From a virus (taxonomy: Duplodnaviria > Caudoviricetes): DNA of 59,596 bases. Below the pieces are notes generated by a model. That model saw only the letters and a program-made list of their open reading frames with translations, did not search any database and had not been told where the DNA came from. This document shows positions 38,559-48,500 of the stretch, one piece after another. How positions within the stretch are numbered: position 1 is the first letter of the stretch; the number at the start of each line of letters is the position of its first letter. A program made the position numbers and the translations under genes. The stretch lies in IMG/VR virus record IMGVR_UViG_3300046006_003099, positions 1-59,596 of that record. One strand, given 5' to 3'.

Positions 38559-39950
38559 TCAGTTATTATTCATTGGAGTACTTCTTTTCTTTTGTATTGT
38601 ACTAGCAATAAAATCGGAATCTTTCTTTTTCAAACCTTTTCCATGTTCTAAAAGTGTGACATCATTACTTTCACTAGTGTCAATAACTAAAGTACCATTA
38701 TCAAAAACTATATCATCGAAAACAACACCATCCTTACCAAATCTAGATTTAAGAATTGCCAATGTAGCCCTTCCTTCTTCTTTTTGATCTAATGTTTTTG
38801 CTACCGATAAAATAAAGTGACCTATCTGTCCCTTTTTAATAGAACCACCCATCATATTAGCCTCCACTAAATCTGCTCCAATAGAACTACGATTTCCTTG
38901 TACCGCAGTCCATCCAGCGATATCTAGTTCAGATAACATAGTTTCAAATTGTCTCATCACATTTCCTTCACCACTGTATTCGTCTTTAAAAACTTTAGTT
39001 GGTTGTACGCAGTCAATGTAATCTAAAAAAACAATATCAGGTTTAATACCAGAAGAAATTAATTTTCTAAGATATTGTTTGATGTGGGTAATTGTTGTAC
39101 CATCACTAGACATCTTTTTCAAAATTAAATTATTCTCTAAGTTTTGGAATCTTGGTAGAGCTTCTTTTACTTCTTCACTTCTATCACCTAATTCACTTAA
39201 TCCGATACCAGTGAAACAAGTAAAGTGTTTTCTTTGGATAACCTTAACATTGTCTTCGAAAAATATCTGAACAACGTTTTTACCCATCAAATACGCAGTG
39301 TTTGCCATTCTAGTCATAATAGTTGTTTTACCAACACCAAATGCGGCTAAAATAACACCCAATTCACCCTTAGATAATCCTCCACCCATAAGGTTATCGA
39401 TTCCCGTCAAACCTGTTGCGATAGGGCTTCTAAAATCTTCCGATAGCACATCTTCGATAGCGTGAAATATATCAACACCTTCATCCTTCTCTGTACCAAC
39501 TGATATAGCCTGTTTTACTAATTCTTCACATTCTTCATATCTATCAAAATCTCCATTATCTAATATCTTTTGGATTTTCTGAGTAGCCTTCTTAAGTTCT
39601 TGTTGTTTGCAGAACTTAATGGCAACATCTTGTATGTGTAAACAGTCTTTATTATCAGATTCTTTTACCTCTTTAATTAATTCTACTGCCGATTCTCTTG
39701 CTATTTCTCTACGGACTTGCGTTTTAATTAAATTAAAGATAGTTTCATAAGAAGGTATTGTTTCATACTTTTCATAGTAATCTTTCAAACTAGCCACAAT
39801 TAGTCTCATATACTCATTATCAAAATAGTTGGGGTCAACTATTGAAATGATGGTTTCTGAAAATTTATGATCTTCCACTAATTGTTTTACTAACTTTACT
39901 TGAAAACTATAGCCTAAATAGCCTAAGTTAATACTCTCATTTTTCGCCAT
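38559..39950 (-). CDS. dnaB: Replicative helicase, DnaB/T4 gp41-like
   Basis: GGLSKGELGVILAAFGVGKTT (Walker A), VFLDYID (Walker B), WTAVQGNR and ILKSRFG. Confidence 0.93.
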   Translation of the reverse strand: MAKNESINLGYLGYSFQVKLVKQLVEDHKFSETIISIVDPNYFDNEYMRLIVASLKDYYEKYETIPSYETIFNLIKTQVRREIARESAVELIKEVKESDNKDCLHIQDVAIKFCKQQELKKATQKIQKILDNGDFDRYEECEELVKQAISVGTEKDEGVDIFHAIEDVLSEDFRSPIATGLTGIDNLMGGGLSKGELGVILAAFGVGKTTIMTRMANTAYLMGKNVVQIFFEDNVKVIQRKHFTCFTGIGLSELGDRSEEVKEALPRFQNLENNLILKKMSSDGTTITHIKQYLRKLISSGIKPDIVFLDYIDCVQPTKVFKDEYSGEGNVMRQFETMLSELDIAGWTAVQGNRSSIGADLVEANMMGGSIKKGQIGHFILSVAKTLDQKEEGRATLAILKSRFGKDGVVFDDIVFDNGTLVIDTSESNDVTLLEHGKGLKKKDSDFIASTIQKKRSTPMNNN

Positions 39951-39964
39951 TCTTATATCTGATT

Positions 39965-40456
39965 TTAGTTATTAATAAATATGCCATCTAGGTTATAACC
40001 GCAGTAATTTTTTGTATAATTTTCCATACTTAACCCTTGTTGCAAATAATCGATGATTTTAGGGATAATTTTTCTTATATCCACATCGTATCTAACATTT
40101 GGCGGGTAATCGTTACCACTAAATATTTTTTCACATATAACTCTATCCTTAACCTTTAACTGAAAAGTGAAGAAGTCTTCGTTGTCATATATGTCAACCT
40201 TTTCTGTTTCTTCTGCCGTAGTAAAAAAATTGGAATACTTTTCCATATAATCATATGTATTATTTTTAAAATGTTCTCTAATAACTTCTACTGCACTATC
40301 TACTACCTCTTTTACTTCATATGATAAAAGGGAGTCTCTATTGAAATTTTTAATATTAAAATTTCTTCCTACAATTGGGTTTCCGTTAATCATAAATAAG
40401 AATTCATACGGATAACTTTGATAATTTTGTTGATTTTTTTTCATTTCTTTAAACAT
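39965..40456 (-). CDS. Hypothetical protein in the replication cluster
   Basis: 163 aa ORF between the exonuclease and the helicase. No motif recognised. Confidence 0.7.
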   Translation of the reverse strand: MFKEMKKNQQNYQSYPYEFLFMINGNPIVGRNFNIKNFNRDSLLSYEVKEVVDSAVEVIREHFKNNTYDYMEKYSNFFTTAEETEKVDIYDNEDFFTFQLKVKDRVICEKIFSGNDYPPNVRYDVDIRKIIPKIIDYLQQGLSMENYTKNYCGYNLDGIFINN

Positions 40457-41492
40457 TAATTTGACTAAAATAACTCTTTTCTTTTTTTATTATTGATAAG
40501 AATGGTTGTAAAAAATTTATATAACCATCACTACCACCTGGAATCGCCATCATCAAACCATCTTCTATCATCATTTTAATAACATTCTTTACCTCCCTAC
40601 CTTCAGGATCTATGGTGGTATTAAATATATAATCTAATTCAGTTTTAGTTGATTCTATTAATAACGGTTTTCTTAGGTTTATAATTTTTTCATTGACTTC
40701 AAAAATCATATCCTTTTGTGAACCTTTGGTAACTTTATTAAGGATGTTATCTAGTGATTTCAATCTATTCTTTCTTTCATTTTGTATAGTTACAATTTTA
40801 CTAAAAATATATTCTAAAGTCAAAGTTTTTTCTCTTATTTCGGGAAAAAAATTAACTAAAGTTTTTTCACTGATACCTTGTATACCTTTTATATTGTCAC
40901 TAGTATCACCAGTAATGATTTTTATTAATTTAAGATTGGATGGGTGGTGGTTAAAGTATGTTAAATAATTATCCTGTGTAATTATTTTCTTTAGATTTAA
41001 AACATATACACCAACTCTATCACTTATTAATTGACATAGATCTCTATCATTACTCATTATCACTACTTTCTCATCATCTGACATATTTTGAACGTAGTAA
41101 CCAATACAATCATCGGCTTCTATTATTTCATCCTTATACTGTCTTATGAAAAGTTCTTCACAATAAGAAATAACTCTTTCTTTTTGAAGATATAATTCTA
41201 AATCTGAAGGAGGTTGTTCATCATAAAAATTTTTACCTCTATTAGATTTATATTCTTTGTAGATATCATATCTTAATCTACCACTGAATGGTCCGTCCCA
41301 AAAAACATAGACTCTATCGAATTTATATTCATTTAACATTTTTCTAACCATAGTTAGAAATTGAAAAATACCGCCTATGTGGGTGTCTTTATAGTAAAGA
41401 TCTTTAGCCCCATGATAGGCGGTTTTAATCAACGAGTCACCATCAACAACAAGTGTTTTTTTAAATTTTTTCTTTTTTTCAGGGAATTTCAC
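40449..41492 (-). CDS. 5'-3' exonuclease / flap endonuclease (T4 RNase H, PolA N-terminal-like)
   Basis: LVVDGDSL, VFWDG, YKSNR, EADDCI, SNDRDLCQL and GDTSDNIKGIQGI. GTG start. Confidence 0.92.
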   Translation of the reverse strand: MKFPEKKKKFKKTLVVDGDSLIKTAYHGAKDLYYKDTHIGGIFQFLTMVRKMLNEYKFDRVYVFWDGPFSGRLRYDIYKEYKSNRGKNFYDEQPPSDLELYLQKERVISYCEELFIRQYKDEIIEADDCIGYYVQNMSDDEKVVIMSNDRDLCQLISDRVGVYVLNLKKIITQDNYLTYFNHHPSNLKLIKIITGDTSDNIKGIQGISEKTLVNFFPEIREKTLTLEYIFSKIVTIQNERKNRLKSLDNILNKVTKGSQKDMIFEVNEKIINLRKPLLIESTKTELDYIFNTTIDPEGREVKNVIKMMIEDGLMMAIPGGSDGYINFLQPFLSIIKKEKSYFSQINV

Positions 41493-41517
41493 ACATTCTT
41501 TATTGAAGGTTCAACAA

Positions 41518-42567
41518 TCAATCGTCAGAGTAATCTACAGGAGACTCAATTACGTTGTCTTCAACTACATCAAAAGATGTGTCATCAAATACACCATCAA
41601 ATACCTCAGCCCAATAATCTTTGTTATCAGATTTGTATTTGTCAATGTCTTTTTTATCATCTTCAATGAAACCGTGTGTGGTTGCAAGTATTTTGTTATC
41701 TGCGTAACCTAAACCATTCATATGGTTCTTATGGATACCCACTTTAGTTCTAATTGCGAAATTAACTTTTCTACCCTTATTAGTCGCAGAAAGTTTAGAT
41801 ACTCCAGAACTCTTTTGATTTCCAAACAAAAATACTAATGCACATGATAGGTAAATAGAATTACCACCTTTAGGTGCAATTGTTGGTTGTCCAAATGGAT
41901 TATCAGGTAATGCTACCCAAGGTTGGTTTACAAATACCATTGTGTTGGTATGTGGATAACTCTCTTTTCTAGAGGATGTTATTCTTTGTGCCAATCCCAT
42001 CCCCCATTTTTCAGATATTACTCTCGCAGTGTGTTGGTTTCCTCCTTTTCCATCAAAACTCATTTGACAAGGTATTGTACCAATAGAATCCCATAAAAAT
42101 ACTATATCATATGGTATTTCACCGTTCTTTTGAGCATCCAATACTTCGGTAACATAATCAAATGCTTGTTCTATATAATCAAAACCTAGTTTATATAGTA
42201 AGAATCCGTCCCAATACGCAGAAACTTCTCCTGTTGATTCATCAACTTCTTCAATATATTCAGTTTCTAAACCCATTTGTTTGGCGTGTTCGAAACTAAA
42301 TTTTTGTTCTGTAATAATGAAAACAGGTAAGATATTTTTCTTTTGTGCGTCTACCGCAGTTTGTAAAAGTGCAGTTGTTTTTCCAGTGTCAGAATGACCT
42401 AGAAGCATATTAATCTGACCCATAGCGGGTCCTGGTAATCCAGTCGCCTTTTGAAAGGCTTCCCCTAGATCGAAGTACCTTTGTTCTTTGTACTTCTCAC
42501 TAGAGGAAAACTTCTTTCTTATAGACGAAAAATCAGATGCTTTTTTCTTAAGTGGTTGTTTCGCCAT
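41518..42567 (-). CDS. uvsX: RecA/UvsX-like recombinase
   Basis: GHSDTGKTT (Walker A), FLWDSIG (Walker B), VFVNQ and PKGG. Confidence 0.88.
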   Translation of the reverse strand: MAKQPLKKKASDFSSIRKKFSSSEKYKEQRYFDLGEAFQKATGLPGPAMGQINMLLGHSDTGKTTALLQTAVDAQKKNILPVFIITEQKFSFEHAKQMGLETEYIEEVDESTGEVSAYWDGFLLYKLGFDYIEQAFDYVTEVLDAQKNGEIPYDIVFLWDSIGTIPCQMSFDGKGGNQHTARVISEKWGMGLAQRITSSRKESYPHTNTMVFVNQPWVALPDNPFGQPTIAPKGGNSIYLSCALVFLFGNQKSSGVSKLSATNKGRKVNFAIRTKVGIHKNHMNGLGYADNKILATTHGFIEDDKKDIDKYKSDNKDYWAEVFDGVFDDTSFDVVEDNVIESPVDYSDD

Positions 42568-42575
42568 AATATATA

Positions 42576-43478
42576 TTAAAACGGTAATTCATCATCATCA
42601 CCATCTAAAGACGTTGATTCAACATCAAAAGAATCTGTTTCATCATCACTGAAGTCCTGTTCAAAGGATTTTGTTGTTTCAGTTCTCATAAAATTAATTT
42701 CTTCTGTTAAAGACGCAGTTTCTTTTTCTTCTTTGTCTTCTTCAGCAACAAACTTCTTCTGTTCTGAATCCCAAATAGGTGTTTTGTTAGTTGCGACAAT
42801 ATCTAAGTATTCTTGTGTCTTTTTAGAATAAACATCTCTATGTGTTTCATCATTATTAAACCAATCATTAGCCTTTTCTTTGTCTTTAGTTAGGATAGAT
42901 GAATCATCTGCCATAATAGAATTAACAACACTAAAATTTTTGTCGTTTCTACCTGTAGTGATGATAATATCTCTACCTTCTCTAGGATCAGTAATATCAC
43001 CTTTTACTTTAAATAAAGGAATGATTTTATCCATAATACCGTCACCAGTATATTTGTGTTTAAATCTCCAAAATTTAACTCCGTGATCTTCATTCTCTCT
43101 GTCGATACCTTTAACTACATAGAATTTTCTAGGTATGAAGTCTTTCGCTAATTTCTTAGCCTTTTCTGAACCATCTTCATATAAGGCATCTTTAGCCTCA
43201 CATAGTGGACAGTGTTCACCATCGTTTAAATGGTTACAATAAATTTTATCCCAATTACCATTAACTAATTTTTCGTGATAGTAAACCTCCGTGAATGGAG
43301 AACTACCGTCTTTCTTAGGTAAGATTCGGAATGTTTTTGTGTGGGATTTGACCCCTTTAGGTAGTTTCTCACTGAAGTACTTTTTCAGTCGGTCTTCGTT
43401 AGAGAGTTTTTTACCACTTTTCGCTGGCTCAGTGTTTTTTTCGTACTGAGACAGAATTGCATCTAAAGTATTACTCAT
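42576..43478 (-). CDS. Single-stranded DNA-binding protein, T4 gp32-like
   Basis: FRILP, YYH...C...CPLCE zinc ligands, GVKFWRF, DITDPREGRD and the acidic tail ending DDDELPF. Confidence 0.88.
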   Translation of the reverse strand: MSNTLDAILSQYEKNTEPAKSGKKLSNEDRLKKYFSEKLPKGVKSHTKTFRILPKKDGSSPFTEVYYHEKLVNGNWDKIYCNHLNDGEHCPLCEAKDALYEDGSEKAKKLAKDFIPRKFYVVKGIDRENEDHGVKFWRFKHKYTGDGIMDKIIPLFKVKGDITDPREGRDIIITTGRNDKNFSVVNSIMADDSSILTKDKEKANDWFNNDETHRDVYSKKTQEYLDIVATNKTPIWDSEQKKFVAEEDKEEKETASLTEEINFMRTETTKSFEQDFSDDETDSFDVESTSLDGDDDELPF

Positions 43479-43502
43479 TGTATAAAAATTTTAAATTATA
43501 TA

Positions 43503-43533
43503 CAATTATACTAACGAAATATCAAAAAGTCAA
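43503..43533 (-). promoter_or_regulatory. Strong host-type promoter heading the ssb-uvsX-exonuclease-helicase operon
   Basis: Minus strand TTGACT-N17-TATAAT(TG). Confidence 0.7.
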
Positions 43534-43548
43534 TAAAAAACGGGGTTT

Positions 43549-44280
43549 TTAGTCATTTTCTTCTGTTTTACTAAATGAAAAAGATTTTCTTATGTCCTTT
43601 TCATTATAGTTGTCAACATCGCTTTGTTTAAGAACAAATTCTTCTTCTTCCTCTGTTGGTTCGTATCCTTCTTTATCTTTCCAAAAATCAGTTAACTTAA
43701 TACTATAAGGGAACGAATCCATAGATCTCATTTCTAATCTTTCGACAGGTGTTGGATTTCTTTTCTCAATTTCCCTTTCCAAATCATCAATTTTATTGAT
43801 TACATTGTCCATACCAGAAACTTGATTTTCTAAATCAGATAATTTAGTCAACAGTTCATCCATTTTAGTACTCATACCTTCTACAGAAGATTTAGTTTCT
43901 TCGGTTTTATCAACAATATCTGTCACATCTATTTCAACAGAACTATCATCAGTTCCAGTACTAGTCTCAGGAGTCTCAGCAGCAGGTTCATCCGCATCTA
44001 CATCTTCTACTTCCGCATCATCCGCCAATGGATCAGTTTCAGTTTTCTCCGCACCAGTCTCAGGTGCAGTTTCCGCTCCTGCTTCAGGGGCAGTTTCATC
44101 TCCACCTACTGACATAAATGGGTCGTCTCCAGCATCACCTGCAGGATCTTGTTCAGTAATGTATTTATCATCTGTAAGTAGATTACCATTTTCATCTTTT
44201 TCATTTTCAGGTACATAAAATGTGTACTCTAATAATTGTCTGTATCTTTTTAATTCCTCGGAAAGTACTTTTTTGTTCAT
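43549..44280 (-). CDS. Highly acidic protein with a coiled coil (possible head scaffold/internal protein)
   Basis: Asp/Glu/Ala/Pro-rich linker with ETAPEAGA/ETAPETGA repeats. N-terminus LSEELKRYRQLLEY. Confidence 0.65.
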   Translation of the reverse strand: MNKKVLSEELKRYRQLLEYTFYVPENEKDENGNLLTDDKYITEQDPAGDAGDDPFMSVGGDETAPEAGAETAPETGAEKTETDPLADDAEVEDVDADEPAAETPETSTGTDDSSVEIDVTDIVDKTEETKSSVEGMSTKMDELLTKLSDLENQVSGMDNVINKIDDLEREIEKRNPTPVERLEMRSMDSFPYSIKLTDFWKDKEGYEPTEEEEEFVLKQSDVDNYNEKDIRKSFSFSKTEEND

Positions 44281-44281
44281 A

Positions 44282-44470
44282 TTACATTAATAGTTGTCTG
44301 CCGTCATTAGTTTTATATATCTTATTCACTCTTTCCACTATTTCTTTTCCATCGTTAATAAGACATTCTTCACCAACACACTCTTCATTTTTGGTGGTAT
44401 TATCGTTTAAAAAATCATTAAGTGATTTTTCTAAATTTTCGTTTTTTTTAGTATCTCTATTTGTTTCCAT
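44282..44470 (-). CDS. Small hypothetical protein
   Basis: 62 aa ORF with TATTTATA upstream, abutting the next gene. Confidence 0.65.
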   Translation of the reverse strand: METNRDTKKNENLEKSLNDFLNDNTTKNEECVGEECLINDGKEIVERVNKIYKTNDGRQLLM

Positions 44471-44483
44471 AATACTTTTATTA

Positions 44484-44491
44484 TATAAATA
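44484..44491 (-). promoter_or_regulatory. Putative phage late-promoter motif TATTTATA
   Basis: Intergenic, 13 nt upstream of the ATG at 44470. Confidence 0.55.
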
Positions 44492-44499
44492 TTATGATA

Positions 44500-44922
44500 T
44501 TAAGAAAAATGTTTATTTATGTCGATAATTTTTAATTCATCGTTTTTTACGATTATCATTTTATTTTGATATTCGTCCCAATTTATTTTTACATTTTTAT
44601 AGTCTATGTTACCAACTTCGTGTTCACTGATTTTTTCTATTAATTTATTTAATGCATTAATAGTATAAAAACACTCACCTTTTTTATGAACAATTATTGT
44701 TGATGGGAAGAATGAAGAGGTTTCTACTTTTTGACCTTCTTCAACTTTAACTAAAAAAGTTAAAATTTTTTTATTAACTTCTTCAAAATTATATTGAAAT
44801 ATGTTTTTTTCTTTTATTCCAAATCTTTTATATAAATAATTCTTAAAACTTTCTATTTTATCTTGATATACAAAAGATGCTAATGTTATATTTTTACCGC
44901 TCGATTCCATTTCCATTTCCAT
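44500..44922 (-). CDS. Hypothetical protein
   Basis: ORF with three tandem ATGGAA candidate starts (44922, 44916, 44910) overlapping the end of the upstream gene. Confidence 0.65.
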   Translation of the reverse strand: MEMEMESSGKNITLASFVYQDKIESFKNYLYKRFGIKEKNIFQYNFEEVNKKILTFLVKVEEGQKVETSSFFPSTIIVHKKGECFYTINALNKLIEKISEHEVGNIDYKNVKINWDEYQNKMIIVKNDELKIIDINKHFS

Positions 44923-45502
44923 AAATGTAAGGGACAAATCTGTTTTTATTTTTTAATTTATATATTAAATCCCTACATTTATTAAATATCGTATAATCTA
45001 TCAAAGTATTACCATTTAATCTTTTTATCCTTTCGACAATTTTTTCTTTTTTACCTTGAAAATAATTTAAAACATTTAAATCTACCCCAAATATTATATT
45101 TTCACTATATATGTATACCATATCGTTTTCAGAAAAATAAACAATTGGTGATTTAAGTGATAATATTTTTTTTATTATCCTGTAATTTATTTTTCTACTA
45201 TTATAAAGGATATCTAAATAGACATATGGTATATTACTACCGAAAGATTCAAAACAATATTCTTTAAATTGTTCAATATCACTTTCATATTCAGATTTTC
45301 TTTCTGTTTTATCAAAAGTCCAAAATAACTTATTACTTACTTTTTTATGTATTATGGAAATACCTTCTCCTAATAGTTCTTTAGATAATTTCCTACCAAT
45401 TATCAATGTAGGTAACTCTTCATTAATACATTCTAAACTTTCACAAATTTTAAAATTTTCAATTTCAATTTTTGTCTTCGAAACAATATTCCCTATATTC
45501 AT
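44894..45502 (-). CDS. Hypothetical protein
   Basis: 202 aa ORF with a TATATTTG promoter element at 45507-45514. Confidence 0.7.
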   Translation of the reverse strand: MNIGNIVSKTKIEIENFKICESLECINEELPTLIIGRKLSKELLGEGISIIHKKVSNKLFWTFDKTERKSEYESDIEQFKEYCFESFGSNIPYVYLDILYNSRKINYRIIKKILSLKSPIVYFSENDMVYIYSENIIFGVDLNVLNYFQGKKEKIVERIKRLNGNTLIDYTIFNKCRDLIYKLKNKNRFVPYIYGNGNGIER

Positions 45503-45540
45503 ATTACAAATATAGTGATTTTTTTTTAAAAAGTTAAGTT

Positions 45541-48500
45541 TTATGCAGGTTTAAAGTAATCTATCAGTGGTTGTTTGTCTTTTCCAATGAATATTGTAAG
45601 GACATTTTGTAACGTTTCTATTGATTTATCTACTGTTGGTGGTGACCATTGGTGTGCAGTATCAATACACTTTTTATATGTCGCTAAAGTACCATTATTT
45701 TTTTGGGATGTGTAGAAAAATGGTGAATTTACATCTTTACCCTTATAAAATTTCCATTGTGCAATTGATGCCTGTATTGCTCCCTCGACTGTATTACTTA
45801 ATTCATAAGGTGACTGTATTGCAACTTCACCACCTTTATTAAAATCTTCGTAAATTTGGTAATATTGTTTCCTACCAACAATATATAAGAACCCTCTAGG
45901 TCTAAATCTATAAGCATCTCCATCGAAAATATTGAAGTATTTAGTTGTGGTTATCTGATTTTTGTCTTCCTCATTTAAATTATCTATTATTTTATTTAAA
46001 GATGCTATTTTATTTGCGTTTGCGGGATCATTTGGATTCAATCCGTCTCTTTCTTTTATCTTGTCTTTTAGTTTAGATTCTATATTGTCATTTAACTGAA
46101 ATTCATTTAATTTCTCATTACCAGCAATTTGGTATGCCTTAGCAATATCTAACCCACTTACTGATGTAGGTGTAGATGATAAGGCACCATCTCCAGGTTT
46201 ATAAATATAATATCTTGTTTGTCCTGACGCAGGATCAGTATTAGGGAATTTAACAACGTGTTCTTCTTTATTAGGGTCATCCCAAGGCATTTCTTTATTA
46301 ACAAAATTTTCTGAATTTGCCAACATAGCAGATAACAACATAGTAACCTGTGTATTCGTTAAAATTTGATTCTTTTTAAATTCGTCAGTTAAAGTATTAA
46401 GAACTTTTGTTAAATCTGCATCGGTATATGTTGTCACACCTAAATTTCTAAAATTACTTAATCCTGTAACACCACCAAAATTACCTTCAAAGTCAAATAA
46501 ATCATCAGGAGTAATACCCTCTCTAACACCAAAACCTGATACTGTTTGTAAATTAGTAAATTCTATTTTAGGGACATCACTAATCTCATTTAAATCTATA
46601 TCTAAATCTGCAGTAATTTCTGTGTTTGGAGGGGCAATAAATTTAGATTGCCTTAAACCTTCAAAATTAGTAGTCATATGGTTTGGTGATATGTTATGAC
46701 TTACACTAGTTATTAGATACGCCCCATTAAAAAATGGTACGTTTTGTAAATCAAAATACATTAATGGTTGTATATTCATACAACCTAAAGATTCTACTTT
46801 ACACGAATATGATCTAGTTTTAAATAATCTAAGTAAATCTGTACCAACATATGTTTTTTGAGTCCCTCCTCTTTTATCAACTAAATCAGATAAAGCCTTA
46901 AAGTATTCACCCGTTTCCCTATGTTCTTGTTGACTTAGTGATACGTTTTTAAATATTGTTTGATTTTGTGCACCAAATGCCACCCTAAATGCGACTAACG
47001 AATTTTCACCATTGTTTAAAATATCTGGAGGTGCATCATTTTTACTGTTAGGGTCATTCGGGTTTGAAAAACTATATCCATCGTTTGAGAAGAAGTTATT
47101 ATTTCTTTCTTTAATATCTAATGCCTGTGACGCACCACCTATATATATACAACAAAATATTGGTCCTTGAGATTCACTACCTTCTAAAGTTGTTTGTGGT
47201 TTAAATATTTTTGCAACTTCTACTCTACTTTTATAATTGATATAAGTTGGTAATATCTGAAAAAGGAAATTACTATCTCTTAATAATTTAGACATAAAGA
47301 AATAAACACTAGTGTCTAAATTACTACCCAAAGTTAGAAAACTTTTTAAGTTAAATGTGGCTTTATCACCAATGTCATTCCATCCTCTATCTATGAATCT
47401 AAAATAATCAATTAATGGTGTTTCACTATTTCCACCACAAATATTAAAACCTTTTCTATCAGAACCAACCCACTTACTATTTATATTTTTAAAGTAATTA
47501 TATAATTGTAATTTTAATTTAACAGTACTTTTATTTTCACTTTGTTTAACCTCTTCACTATTACTACTATTACCATTTTTGTTGGTCTCTTCTTGTTTTT
47601 TAAATGAATCTTTAAAACTTTTTATATATTCCGCGATACTATTGTTTGAAATTTTAAGTGCTGATGGTTCTAATTTATCATAAAATATTCTTGGATTTAA
47701 AACAATCATGTTAGTTGTTTGTTTAAGTGCACTTAAAATAAACTCTTTTGATGAATTAACATCATTAGTATTACCACTAATAGAATTTAATGGAGATACC
47801 AAAGTATTTACATTTTTTTCAAAAGTACCATTAAAAGTATTATTAAAATTTTGATTGTCTACCCAATTTTTAAATAAATTTATTAATGTTGTTTTAGTAG
47901 ATATCGGTAATTTTTTTAAATTTTCTTCAATAGATTTTTTCTTATTATTATACCCTACTTTTGAAAAGTACTCTTCTTTTGGTGTTGCAAATTGTGAGTA
48001 ATCTTTGTTGTTGAATACTCCAAAATTTATAGGATCAATAGATGATTCATACCTCCATAACAAGCCACCTATAAAATATATATACATTTTAGGTATGTTT
48101 ATTATTCTAGCACCATTAAAGTTATCACCAGGAAATATAGAATTTAGAAATCCTTCTTTAAAATCTCTGAAAGGAAAGGTTGACAATAAAAGTAAAGCCC
48201 TCGCATAATTACTACTTTGATTCTTATAAAGATCACTATCTGTCATTAAATCATCATAGTCTACACTATTAGTAGTCTCTAAATTAGTTATATTAATATA
48301 TTTACTATTATATGTACCACCATAAGGGTTATAGTCCTCTAAATTTGTTTTATTTAAATCACCTAAAATATCACCACTAGTTTTAAGTAAGTTTTTACAT
48401 ACATCTAAATCCCAAACATTAAAGGAATTATATGTTGTTAAATTATTAGATTTACTATAGAAATTTTTATAAAAACTAGGACCCTTGACTATACTATTTA

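Noticed and set aside
41493-41520. Small hairpin TTGTTGA-acct-TCAATAA right after the uvsX TGA as a readthrough/SECIS signal
   Set aside because: An in-frame TAA follows five codons later, so readthrough would add nothing meaningful. The stem is weak and AT-rich.
36610-42567. Inteins, introns or homing endonucleases in nrdJ, helicase or uvsX
   Set aside because: Protein lengths are normal, motifs are contiguous, and no intein splice-junction or LAGLIDADG/HNH signatures were seen.
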